A stretch of DNA of 60,627 nucleotides from Bigelowiella natans CCMP2755 (Eukaryota > Protista > Cercozoa). Under the pieces are notes generated by a model. The model made no database searches and was not told the origin of the DNA. It saw only the letters and a program-made list of their open reading frames with translations. Below, one piece after another: positions 1 through 26,359 of the stretch. The stretch is from contig ADNK01000586.1 in NCBI GenBank assembly GCA_000320545.1, forward strand, positions 1-60,627, written 5' to 3'. Numbering within the stretch: the stretch's first letter is position 1; each line of letters starts with the position of its first letter. The translations under genes were made by a program, and so were the position numbers.

Positions 1-932
1 ACATCATGACAGCCAGAGAGAAGGAAGAGAATGGAAAACAGCAGTAGAGTTGCAGCATCGTTCAGAATTATTGCTGTACCGCAACACTACAGGTAGTCAA
101 CAGGAGGGTGCATATTGTGTGAATAGCGCGTCGGGAACGAGGCAGCGTCATAAATCGGAGCTTATTCAAATTGACGCTATCTTGATACCAGCAGTGGGAC
201 ATCAATTGGTTTGATACTTGTTTTCGTTTTTTCTTTTTGATCCGTTTTCGATACCTTTTCAACCGGATCATGCCCTGGAGATAGCGTGGAGAAAAGGTTT
301 TCACAACATACACATTTCATCCACTGCCATTCCCCCATCCGTAAACCATCCGGAAATTCTTGTTGGTGGTGGTGGTGTTGTTGTTGACCCTCCTCTCTAT
401 TGAAAGATACTCTACTGCGGGTTCAATGGGAGCGGACAGCATGACAGGAGTCGTTTCTGAGTATTTCACATTCGAGCGATGAGTCTTTAGGCGAGTCCCC
501 ATCTCTCCCTCCCCCCCCCCCCCCCCCTGTCTTTCCACTCCACGGAAAGTGAAATCTTGCGAACAGCCTTTGGCTAATTTGTGTGTGGATTTGGGGGTAA
601 ACAACGACGCGGTGAAAACATAGTAGGGTGGGTGCGTCATCTAATACATTATTCTAGCTATTGTTTTTATTATTAGTAGTAGTATTATCATTATCATTAT
701 TATTATTACGACGACGAGGGCTCTCCGCAGAAAGCACGTCTATATACGAACGTGTGTGTACATATCATCACCTGTAAAGATCTAACTGCGTTGTCATCAT
801 GTATAAAATAAGGGCTTCCTTCGTGGTGGTTTTTGGTTGTTTTTTAAATTTTATGAAAAAGTGAAATATAATGAGCGCACCTCCACCGTGATGAGCATTC
901 TCACGTTATAGCGCTAAATAAAAGAGAAGAAT

Positions 933-967
<35 letters not shown>

Positions 968-1836
968 TAAGTAGTAGTATGTGGTAGCAGCAGCGGCGGC
1001 ACACTTTGTGACTAGATACCACTTTGTACGTCATCACGCACTGGTCTCTACCATCACTGTCATGCCTCTTTTATTTCATTGAAAACCGAATAACATAATG
1101 TATGTGTGTCTTGCTTGTGCATGTCATCATTAAAGATTGTGTTGGAAGATCTGCCGCTGCGCGGGTGCAATTAAAGTGCAGCTTCGGTTGTTTGATCAGA
1201 GGATCTAGAGATGTTACCAATTCAAAAATCCTTGGCAAAAGCTTTGAATGCTGCTGCTTGTACTAAAAATGATCATGCAATTTAGACGCAGCGCGTGTAG
1301 CCATCTAGCCATACATGACGAGGCTGCGCCTGTGCGCTGGCTAATAACGTCGGCTCGTATTGCTCACAATCATTGTTATAGTACGGCAGCAAACAACGTG
1401 CAAAAACTGCGTGCACGTAACAGCTTCTATGCAATGTCTCGCATTGGCACTGCTGACTGGCCAGCGCAGGCGGTGCTGCTGCTAAAGGTAAACGCATACA
1501 TGTCGACATACGCATGCTGCAGCATGCTCACATGCCCATTTGATGTCTCATTATTAGCTTTATTGTGATCGATATGGCGGTCGATGTAAATGCGCATCTT
1601 GAGGCTGTAGTCTACGTGAGCGCACGCACGCGTGTGCGTGTCGTGTGTGAGGCGTGTCATACGTACGCATACATCCATGTTAGGCTACGAATATGCATGC
1701 GTCGTGGAACGCTGTAGTGACCGTGTGTGCAATACACGTACTGGCAGTACGGATCAGTTATAGAACAATAGAGTTATGCGGTTTCCACATCTAGCCAATG
1801 CAACAGACACATTAGCATGAGCTATAGTCTAAATGG

Positions 1837-4126
<2,290 letters not shown>

Positions 4127-4356
4127 GCCTCGACGGTCGGGGAGCGGCTCGAAAGCACAATCCGTGAGTACGGAAGGGGTGTGTGAGTAATGGGGATTCC
4201 TCGAGATTTCCTGTCGATTTCCTTCGATTTTGGTGAAAAACGCCAGGTATTTATGTAATGCGATAAGGTAAAACCTTTGTCGCATTAGAAAGATCCTGGG
4301 CGGTTTTCACCAGAATCGAAAGGCAAAAACGCTGCTGCCGGCTGTTCGATCTGGCG
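4127..4356. promoter_or_regulatory. Compact bidirectional promoter region (GST / cap methyltransferase)
   Basis: Divergent inferred start codons are only about 230 bp apart. Confidence 0.55.
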
Positions 4357-5787
4357 ATGGAGCACGCGACCGGCCCAGCCTCCTCCTCCTCGGGGAGCAG
4401 CCGCGGTGATTGTTTGAAGGACGGGCAGGCGAAGGAAGCGAAGCATCCATATCAGAAACACCCCAACAACAACAACAGAGGGGGTGGGGGGGTGAAAAGG
4501 CAAAGGGGGGTAGGGGCAACGTCGGCGGCTCCGATCACGAATGCCAACCTTTCCGTCTCCGCGGTCCTTAGCGCTTGCAGGAAGCGCTATAGGGCCAACA
4601 TCGAAGCTCGCGCCCATGAGCCGAAAGAGCCATTCGGCCCAAATGATCCTATGCATCTAGACCAAAACCCCCACGTCTGGCAGGTCAAGCAGATTAGGCC
4701 GGACGGCTCCAAGCCTTACAAATCGCTCATTGACCTCCCCTTCACGCGAGTTTTGAGCCATGGCAATTCGGCTGCGGTTTCGTACAAGCGACGCCTGGGG
4801 GAGGATAAGACTGTGATCCACTGGGGGCAGAGAAAGCTACTCCTCATGGAGCTCGAATTTCTCACCCAACGCGCCGACCCCGAGCGGAAACAAACCGTGG
4901 TGTACGCGGGGGGGGCACCTGGCACTCACGTTAAGTATCTCTCGGAGCTGTTTCCGAACCTTACGTTTGTACTCATTGACCCTGCCCCATTTACGGTGAA
5001 GCCCACCCGCCAGATTATCTGCAGGCAGGAGCTCTTCAGCGCAGCCACGGCTAGCGAGTATGCCGTGCTTGTCCCAGCGCCATTGTTCATATGCGATGTG
5101 AGATCCTCTGACTGGACGGCTGAGGGCTTTGATAAGACAGAGGCCCAGTGCGCGTACGATATGAAGATTCAGATGGAGTGGCATGACGTGATGAGGCCGG
5201 ACTCGAGCCTACTGAAATTTAGGCTACCGTGGAAGGAGGGGAGCACAACATATCTTGACGGAGAGCTACGGTTCCAACCTTGGGCGCCGATCACGTCAAG
5301 CGAGACTCGGCTGTGGACACCTCCTCGTTCAAAACTTGAAGAAGTACAAGAGAAAAAAAAAGAAGGAGGAGGAGAGGAAGAAGTCAAGGGCGCGGCGGCT
5401 GGTAGGAAACCCTCAAACTCCCCCGTACGAACCTACGATAACACGAGGTACACCGATGAGATGTACTATCACAACACCGTCCGACGTGTCGCGCGGTACC
5501 ACCACCAGGTGGAGGGGGGAGAAGGGATCGATCATTGCTACGATTGCCGAGCAGAAGTTGCCATTCTATCAGAGTACCTGCGAAACAGAAAAGACACTGA
5601 AGTAGAAGAGCTCGGAGCTCAGATATCTCTGATGAGTCGGGAGATAACCGCAGCGTGTACTAGTGGGAAGAGGTGGAGGACGCTCTCCACGGGGAACGTA
5701 GATCCGAAACACAGGAAGCGCACCATTGATAAGCGGCAGTTCATAAATCAAAAGCCAGCATATTCTGTTCCGATAATGAAAAGTTAG
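4357..5787 (+). CDS. Cap-specific mRNA nucleoside-2'-O-methyltransferase of the poxvirus VP39/J3 (poly(A) polymerase regulatory subunit) / kinetoplastid MTr2-MTr3 family; intronless
   Basis: The 476-aa ORF contains HWGQRKLLLMELEFL, the SAM-binding VVYAGGAPGTH, LIDP, ICDVRS, SLLKFRLPW, QPWAPITSSETRL and C-terminal DHCYDC. The K-D-K-E catalytic tetrad of VP39-type enzymes is intact. Confidence 0.92.
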   Translation: MEHATGPASSSSGSSRGDCLKDGQAKEAKHPYQKHPNNNNRGGGGVKRQRGVGATSAAPITNANLSVSAVLSACRKRYRANIEARAHEPKEPFGPNDPMHLDQNPHVWQVKQIRPDGSKPYKSLIDLPFTRVLSHGNSAAVSYKRRLGEDKTVIHWGQRKLLLMELEFLTQRADPERKQTVVYAGGAPGTHVKYLSELFPNLTFVLIDPAPFTVKPTRQIICRQELFSAATASEYAVLVPAPLFICDVRSSDWTAEGFDKTEAQCAYDMKIQMEWHDVMRPDSSLLKFRLPWKEGSTTYLDGELRFQPWAPITSSETRLWTPPRSKLEEVQEKKKEGGGEEEVKGAAAGRKPSNSPVRTYDNTRYTDEMYYHNTVRRVARYHHQVEGGEGIDHCYDCRAEVAILSEYLRNRKDTEVEELGAQISLMSREITAACTSGKRWRTLSTGNVDPKHRKRTIDKRQFINQKPAYSVPIMKS

Positions 5788-7250
5788 TTTAGGAGCGACA
5801 TACGATCGAAGTGTGTCTATCCTCCTACGTTAAGTATTGCGCACCACCAATGGTAGCGTCATTTATTTCGTGGGTTGCTTATCAGCGAACATCAATTTTT
5901 TTACGAGCCGCCAGATGATGCATATCAGCTCGGTCATGTCATGAATAAAGGCCCAGCTAGAAAATAGCTTGCTTCTTGAATATGTGAGCATGCAGACGCA
6001 GCGGTGCGATGTTGCGGCGCTACAAAATCACAAAATGAAATCATGGTCGGCAATGCGTCAATAATGTCCAAAATATATGCAAAGAAAAAATGCACAGCGT
6101 GAATCGAAACAAATAACATACAGTACGAGCTAAGCGGCATCAAATCAAACACTAGATGACTTGTACGTACTCCTCCATTACATGTACATGAGACGGGTGT
6201 GATGAATACTATTTTTTTTTTCAATTGTTAGATATATTATATGTATAAGACGGCCGGATGTAATGAAATGTCTAATTTTTTTCAATTGTCATCCTAATAT
6301 GTAGCTATGCAATGCAGCGGCTACAGCGCTTAAGTTGTATCTGTTTGTTTCCTTCATCACATGTTGCATGCATGAAAAAGCATCATGTATGTATGTGGAC
6401 TTGTAGTCCATGTACGTGTACGCTGTATGTGTATGTGTACACATGCATGCATATGTGTGTAATATCATATATGATAGACACAGCAATAGGATGTGCATTA
6501 CATCCGTGCAACATACACTTTATATATGGTCATGTGTTGAGTCGAATGTAACAAATGAATGGACTACATGCCTGCTATCAATAATGGATAGGCATCCTAA
6601 TGTGCAATTTGTGCCGTAGGAATAACTTTGTCATCAGTATTTAATGTAGCTGTGCAAAGCCACGGATATAGAAATTATGTTGTATCTGTTAGTTTCTGCA
6701 ATAGCATTTATAACACACATTGAGTACATATGTACACGCTGCATATGGTGGCGGCGGTGCATATATCTCATGAAGGAGCATGTACACACGTCTGCTATAT
6801 CAGAGGATATATACAACATGCTATGTAGTTAGATGCACAGTAGTACGGTGCGCATGCTGTAGCATTTTAGTAGAGGTTAGCAGGACAGATTTAGTACGCA
6901 AGCAACCTCCAGGGCATCAAGCCTTTACTGCGCTAGATCAAATAATATGGGCATTGCATGCATTACATCTTATAATCTTGGTCTATAAGCAGCCCAGGGT
7001 GTTCGGAAAAAGTCACATCCTGTACGCGAGTCAGACGGATGTTACTTCTTTCGCTAAAAAATGAGCGAATAATCAGAATGCCGGGGGGGTTCAATTTTTT
7101 ATATTTGTAAATCTTGATGACCTTAAGGCCTAAAGCTTGTGCATGGACGCACACATACATCGCATCGTTCTAGGTTCGTTTAATCACACAATCAGCTACA
7201 TGCACGCATACACATCTTGGCTTGCTTTGTTTCGTACAGTGGAAGGAAAC

Positions 7251-7904
7251 CTAAATCTCTGCCAACGCTGCAAGAGCCTTCTCTACATGTTTCTCTGGCT
7301 CAAATTGAGAGTTGAATTTCATTGCTATTTTGCCATCTTTACCGACAACGTACGTTTCCCTTCCGTCCAGTAGGCCGAAGAGATCCTTATTAATCCCGTA
7401 CGATTCCCGGACACTTCCATCGACGTCGGAAAGCAAAGGGAATGGCACCTCGTTCTCGGCCTTCCACGACGAGGAAAAGTCAGCCGTGTCTCGGCTGATA
7501 CCCAGGACTTCTGCACCCATCGCTTTGAACTCTGGGTAAGCATCGCGGAAAGCCTGTACCTCCTTGGTGCATGAAGGCGAGCCTTGTCCGCCATAGAAGA
7601 ACACCACTGCAGGCTTAGAGAACTGTTCGAGTCCGAAGGGGCCTTTCAAGGACTCTAGGGACACCTTCTTTCCGCTCTCAGACGACAAGCTGAAGGCAGG
7701 AGCGACGTCACCGACCGCAGCGTTGCATCGGGTGCGTGCACTAGGGGCACGGATAGCACGCATAGCTGCCGGCGACGACAACAGGGACGACGACGACGAC
7801 GAGTAGGCAATGAGGCCTAGGGCGCAAACGACCAGTGCGCCGCACACAGCGATCGAAGATCGGCGGAAGAGGGAAGGAGAGCTTGCGCGGTAGGGGGCAT
7901 ACAT
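7251..7904 (-). CDS. PRXQ: Peroxiredoxin Q / BCP-family protein, intronless, with bipartite (signal peptide + transit-like) plastid-targeting leader
   Basis: Likely ATG at 7904 (MYAPY...). A hydrophobic IAVCGALVVCALGLIAY and a Ser/Ala/Arg-rich transit region precede VGDVAPAFSL...VVFFYGGQGSPSCTKE..AFRDAY.EFKAMGAEVLGIS.D...PFPLLSD...GRETYVV, the typical PrxQ pattern. Confidence 0.93.
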   Translation of the reverse strand: MYAPYRASSPSLFRRSSIAVCGALVVCALGLIAYSSSSSSLLSSPAAMRAIRAPSARTRCNAAVGDVAPAFSLSSESGKKVSLESLKGPFGLEQFSKPAVVFFYGGQGSPSCTKEVQAFRDAYPEFKAMGAEVLGISRDTADFSSSWKAENEVPFPLLSDVDGSVRESYGINKDLFGLLDGRETYVVGKDGKIAMKFNSQFEPEKHVEKALAALAEI

Positions 7905-8407
7905 GTTCTTCGACTGCGATCGATTTGAGGTGTGTGTGGCGCACGGGCGCGAAGCAGCCCACAAGGCTCGAACAGAGGCGATTCTCAGGGAATAAGCCAG
8001 ACCGGATCGAAAAGTCCCGCCTCTAGAGCATTTCTGCAACGTGTGGTCCAGGCAGATCCCGAGAAATCTACTTTGATTCGGTGGAATCGCCTAACATCGC
8101 AAGACGCCGAGGAGAGCGCAGCGCAGAGACGTCGGGTGCTCGTGGGAGCTCAGAGGATGGGAAAGCTCGTGCGTTTTATATGAGCGACAAATTTTCAACC
8201 CTGCCGCAGATGAGAATTACAGAAAACGGGCCGGTAGATATCTCTTTGAATTAGTAACTGAAACCGTTGGTATTTTGTTGTCGCAATATTGGAACGCTCT
8301 GTGTTTACCCCTCTCTTCGGCAGAGCTCTCGCCTTCCGGAATTCGGCTTTGAGTTCCCCCCTCCCTCCTCCCATCCGAGACACGCTGTCGTCGGACACGG
8401 ACGGATC
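7905..8407. promoter_or_regulatory. Bidirectional promoter region (PrxQ / DUS)
   Basis: Divergent inferred start codons are about 500 bp apart. A TTTTATAT (TATA-like on the minus strand) lies at about 8174-8181. Confidence 0.5.
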
Positions 8408-8999
8408 ATGCATTCCAGGGTTCCACGGAGCCGCACACGAGCATTTTTCAGTATTACTGCTACTCTTAGCTTTGTTATCCTCGCTAGTCTGCATCGGTCG
8501 AAGCTCGTACCCCCCCAGCGCGTTACAACACAGATGCCTCACAGCGTGACGAAGACCGGACTCCAGCGAGTGCTGAGAGAACAGAAGGCTATCCTTGCTC
8601 CTCTGACAAGAGGAGGAAATCTTCCTTTCCGAAAGATGGTTGCGGGATATGGGGGTAAGTCTAACATCGCTGCAATGCCAATTCCATAGTGAACGTGAAC
8701 GTGTCTCTGCCAGCGAACGTGTCCTATGGCGAGATGATCTTTGCGCGTATGCTGGTTAAAGGAGATAAAATTGAACGCGCACGGTACCTAAGTAAGATAT
8801 ACTAGTAAGGTAATGTATGCAGTGTCCTGAATCCAAGAACTTTTATCGTCGACATACTACGCTCAGGCTGAGGGCAGCTCCCAACGAGAAGTACTACGGC
8901 GTCCAAATCGCTTGTAAGAGTATAGACGAGGGCCTCAAAGCAGGGAATTTGGCGAAAGTGCTTCATATTGAAATACAAATACAAATACAAATTCATGTG

Positions 9000-9034
<35 letters not shown>

Positions 9035-9683
9035 CGTGTCTGTATGTGTATTGAAAAGGTGTTTCTTTTGTTATAAAATTACTTGTTAGGAAGCGGGAGC
9101 GACATGGCTTGACATAAACTGTGGCTGTCCAATATACGAGGCCACAAGGAGGGGACTTGGAGCGGTACTGATTCAAAGACCTGCCAAACTTCAGAGACTT
9201 ATAAAGGTAACCGTGCTACTTATCTGGTAATATTTTGGCTCGCACTCTATCGAAACATCTGAGTTATTGTTTCTCGAAGGGTCTGGTCGACGAGCTTGAT
9301 CCTTTTCCTGTCTCTGGTATTTTTTAATCTACAAAAATCGCTGTTTCATCCGCTTTATGACATCATTTTTTCTGCTCAGTAAAAATCCGGACAGGAAAAG
9401 ACGACGATAGCATTAATGTAGCTCAGGTAAGTGAAAATACCTCCTCTAAGATTGTTGGAAAAAGGAAGAGATGTTGATGTATTAAGGTGGTAGAAGCGTG
9501 CGGAGAAGCGGGAGCAGCATGTGTTACGGTGCATGGCCGAACGCAGCAACAAAGGTAACGAGTTCAAACGCACCGCAGCCGGTAAAATGTCAACTTTGTT
9601 ATTCTCGCATTTGCAGATATTCTAAGAGGGCAAACTGGAGTCTCATCAAGGAGGCTGTGGAAGTAGGGCCGACATTGCTTTTG

Positions 9684-9746
<63 letters not shown>

Positions 9747-10206
9747 GTATCCGATTGAGCGAGTCCCATGCCGAACAGGAGTATCCGTTTTCAGGTGGCG
9801 AATCGATACGACATGCCCGTCGTCGGCAACGGAGACGTACTAACGTACTACGAGGCAGAGCGCTTTCAGGAGCTCTCAGGGTGTTGCTTGCGCGTGCCAA
9901 AGATAGATCGATCTCCAGCCCACGACCCTTCACAATCCTGCTTGATGAATAATCCCTGTTTGCTAGGTGTGCATCGGTGATGATAGGCAGGGGGGCTTTG
10001 ATCAAGCCCTGGATTTTCTACGAATGCCAACACCGTACCACTCTCAACCCAACAGTAACTCCTCACAATTTTTACTTTCCTATGCAGTGACGCTAATAAC
10101 AAACTAATCCATCCTCGTAAACAAAACAAGGCGAAGGAGAGGGTAAAGATATATCGGGAGCTGGTTTCTCATATGAAGGTATATTTTACACATAAAAACG
10201 TTGCGG

Positions 10207-10247
<41 letters not shown>

Positions 10248-11092
10248 AAGCAGTGCTGATCCTACGATCTTGCTTAAAAAGGATCATTTCAAAGACGACG
10301 ATCGAGGGAAGCGATCTGCGTTTTATTTCCTTCCATGGCACTTCAACTTTTTCTGCCGGTTGTGTTTACATACAAGGACTCCATTCAAAATTTGTTTTCA
10401 AAAATGATTACTCGCTAAATACTCTCCATGTAGGTATCGGCCATTGGTTGACGAAAGATTTCACGATTTATCCCTAGATCATCCATTGATTCAGTAGGAT
10501 ATTCATGTCATTGATTTGCATGTAGTGGAATCTTAAACTGATGACTGTTATCTTAGGTCAAGTAGAGGTATAAGCACAATTCTCCAAGAGCAAGAAGAGG
10601 AATTAGAGCCACTAGGTCTGTATTATTTTGAATTTTAGTAGGAAGAATCAATGTCGTGCATGTCGCGCCTCAAACAGTTCTCGTTCGTAGAGAAATTACT
10701 TCGCCTCGACGATGAGGAAGCCCATTTGGACATATCGAGCATTCTTTGGTAAATAAAAATAAAGCGATTCATTCATATGTTCATATCGGTAAGTCGTTAT
10801 TAGTAATGACACGTATTTTCTTCAGGGATGCTGCATCAGATGATGAGGCTGTAAGGAAGATGATTGGTATGCATTTTGCCACGCGTATATAGATTTGTTG
10901 TATGAGCTAGAGACGAGTTATTGACAGAGAATGTTCAACAACATAGGACTAGCCGAGTCTGATAAAATGAAGTTGTGGGAATCAAATCTGGCAACTAAAA
11001 GAGATTCCTCACGTTCTGAACAAAGAGGAAGAAATGAAGAAAAGACTGACAAAGCCCATCACTATCGTAATGTTAACATCGAGCGAGGCTAG
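8408..11092 (+). CDS. tRNA-dihydrouridine synthase, DUS3-like (FMN-dependent), many short exons, N-terminal hydrophobic leader
   Basis: Spliced exons give LAPLTRGGNLPFRKMV, YGEM, YGVQIA, WLDINCGCPIYEATRRGLGA (catalytic Cys), VKIRTG, VTVHGRTQQQRYSKRANW, PVVGNGDV, VMIGRGALIKPWIF and FLPWHFNFFCRYRP. The likely stop is TAG at 11090-11092. Confidence 0.92.
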
Positions 11093-13086
11093 TAGTTTCA
11101 GCACGGACAAAATGGTAGTCTACACTTTTGGAGGCGTCTGTGAAAGAGCACATATACACACACTTACACACAACGTTTGTGGCAAAAAGCAGCCACTGTG
11201 CACGAATGGTCCTCTCCAGCCTCCCATGCTTGACGAATGGTCCTCTGAAGCCTCCCATGCTTGATGGCACATTGCAAGCAGTCCGATCATTTACTTGATG
11301 ATGATGGAATCAGCACATTGTGCTCATGCCAGCTGATGGTTCTGAACCCAAAACCCGCCATGTCAGCTTGCTGCACCAACAAGAACGTGAATCATCGCAC
11401 ATCTGCTAGCCAGAGTTCGAGCACCACGCGGGTGTGTGAAACATCGCCTCAATTCTGTGCGCGTCGATCATCAATGTGCAGGGTCCTACTGCATGCAAAG
11501 GATGAAATCAAACCCGTCTCGAAATCGTGGTGATTGCACACAATCGCGCAGACGTCGGATCACCCTTAGACCCGTCTAGCCGTGCAGCAAGCCTGTGGAA
11601 TCGGATGGCAAGGATCGAGTTCACGTGCGTGACACTCATGGATGTGAGGCAGGAAATCATGTGAATGAGGCATCTCTCATGCTCAGCAAGTTTGGAGCTG
11701 CACTCATGCAGCAGCCGGCCATGCATGCAGCAACGCATCGAATCGTTGTGCAGAACAAACTGGCGTGCTGGTGTGAATGCATGCATGTGGACATGCATGA
11801 CGATGGAAACAAGTTCATTGAGTCAATCAAGGTTGGCACTGGAGCTGTGAAGTGCCAGAGTGTCCATTGTCAAGCATGTGCGATGTTGGTCCCTCAAAGC
11901 GGCAGTCTCAGGCTAGGTGCATCAATTTTTCAGTGGAATCACACTTTGCTAGCTTTGGTCCTGATTGAACAAATTCCAATTTCAAACTCTCCTTTCAAGT
12001 TTCAACGCTTTGCACAACTGCACAAGATTCCCACATGCGCTAGCACGTGTTCCATGTGCACTGCGTGGTGTCCATGGCATGTGAATGAAGACACGGTGAA
12101 ACCATGCACTGACATTCCTCAAGTTGGCCGTCACGTGTGAAATCGTCAAGCCACAATTGTCAAGCCAACCGTGAAGCTTTCCCATGAACAATGAACAATG
12201 AACTTGATGATGGACCACATTTCCAAAATGTTGAGCGCACATGATGTGGGCGACAGAAATTGTTTTCGCAAGACCGGAGATTTGTCGACTGGTTTGGGTT
12301 CTGCAGATCCTGATATTTGAATCATCATTCGGCTTCTCACACATCCCCCAAATGTTGAACAATTTCGGAACAAGATCTATCGTTCCATTTCGGACCTCTT
12401 TTTTCTAAGCTCTCGGGCCCCTTTTGGCCCTCAACCGTGAAACCGACTTAGATCTAGAGTTGTGAGATGGAGAAAACCGGTCATGTGAATCAGCGACTGG
12501 AGCAAGCTCCGTAACTACCTATGCAGATCATTTTTGTCGGAAAAAGGCTTAAATTTGCCTGTTTCTCGCCTAAATCTCCTAAACCTAATACTCCGCTCCA
12601 TCTGATATGCCAAAAGGTAGGCTGAAACTGGAGAGATTTTTTTCTCCGCCTATTTGGAATGATACCGCCTAAATTAACTGCGACAAGGATCATTATGTTG
12701 TCGTATGTGTTGAGATTAAAATCGCGTAAGTTCCCCCAAAACTGCTCTGGAAACTTTCCCCCCTCCCGTCAAGCCAGCTAGCTGCTTGCACAACAAACGG
12801 CGCCAGAGAGCCCGCAACGCTATGGTTTGCTAGCAACACCGTTCGTTAAGGTTTATGACTCTTTCTTTTTGGCCTAGATCCCCATTGTAGCGTTGGGGGC
12901 CAAAACCTGTAATCGGGAAGTGTATTCACGTGTTGCTGTTATCTGGTCAGCACGATCCATAATTAGGAAACCTTGTACCCACTATCAAGCTAAAAATTGG
13001 CTCAAGGCTCGGTGAGCACATTTGTAAGGATTGCAAAATTTCACAACGATCTAATTACGGATTGCGAAACTTAGTGTCCGGTGACC

Positions 13087-26359
<13,273 letters not shown>

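Noticed and set aside
1-900. Possible minus-strand exons (ORFs 317-640, 68-313) of a gene running off the window
   Set aside because: I could not assemble a consistent spliced frame or recognise any motif.
4357-5787. Endogenous giant-virus insertion
   Set aside because: The flanks are ordinary host genes and no other viral hallmark genes are present.
7905-8039. 45-aa N-terminal extension of PrxQ in the ORF track
   Set aside because: It begins at a non-ATG codon; the ATG at 7904 gives a plausible signal peptide.
11203-11264. 31-bp tandem duplication (also a 19-bp duplication at about 59075-59112) considered as CRISPR-like
   Set aside because: Only two adjacent copies, no spacers, eukaryotic context.
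11595-12362. Cys/His/Met-rich ORFs of 120-180 aa here and at 48.5-49.6, 53.4-53.8 and 55.3-55.7 kb
   Set aside because: Best explained by loss of TAA/TAG stops and Tyr codons in TpA-erased DNA; no domain motifs.
12490-12700. Stop-interrupted frame vaguely like a LINE C-terminus
   Set aside because: Too weak; no diagnostic motif.
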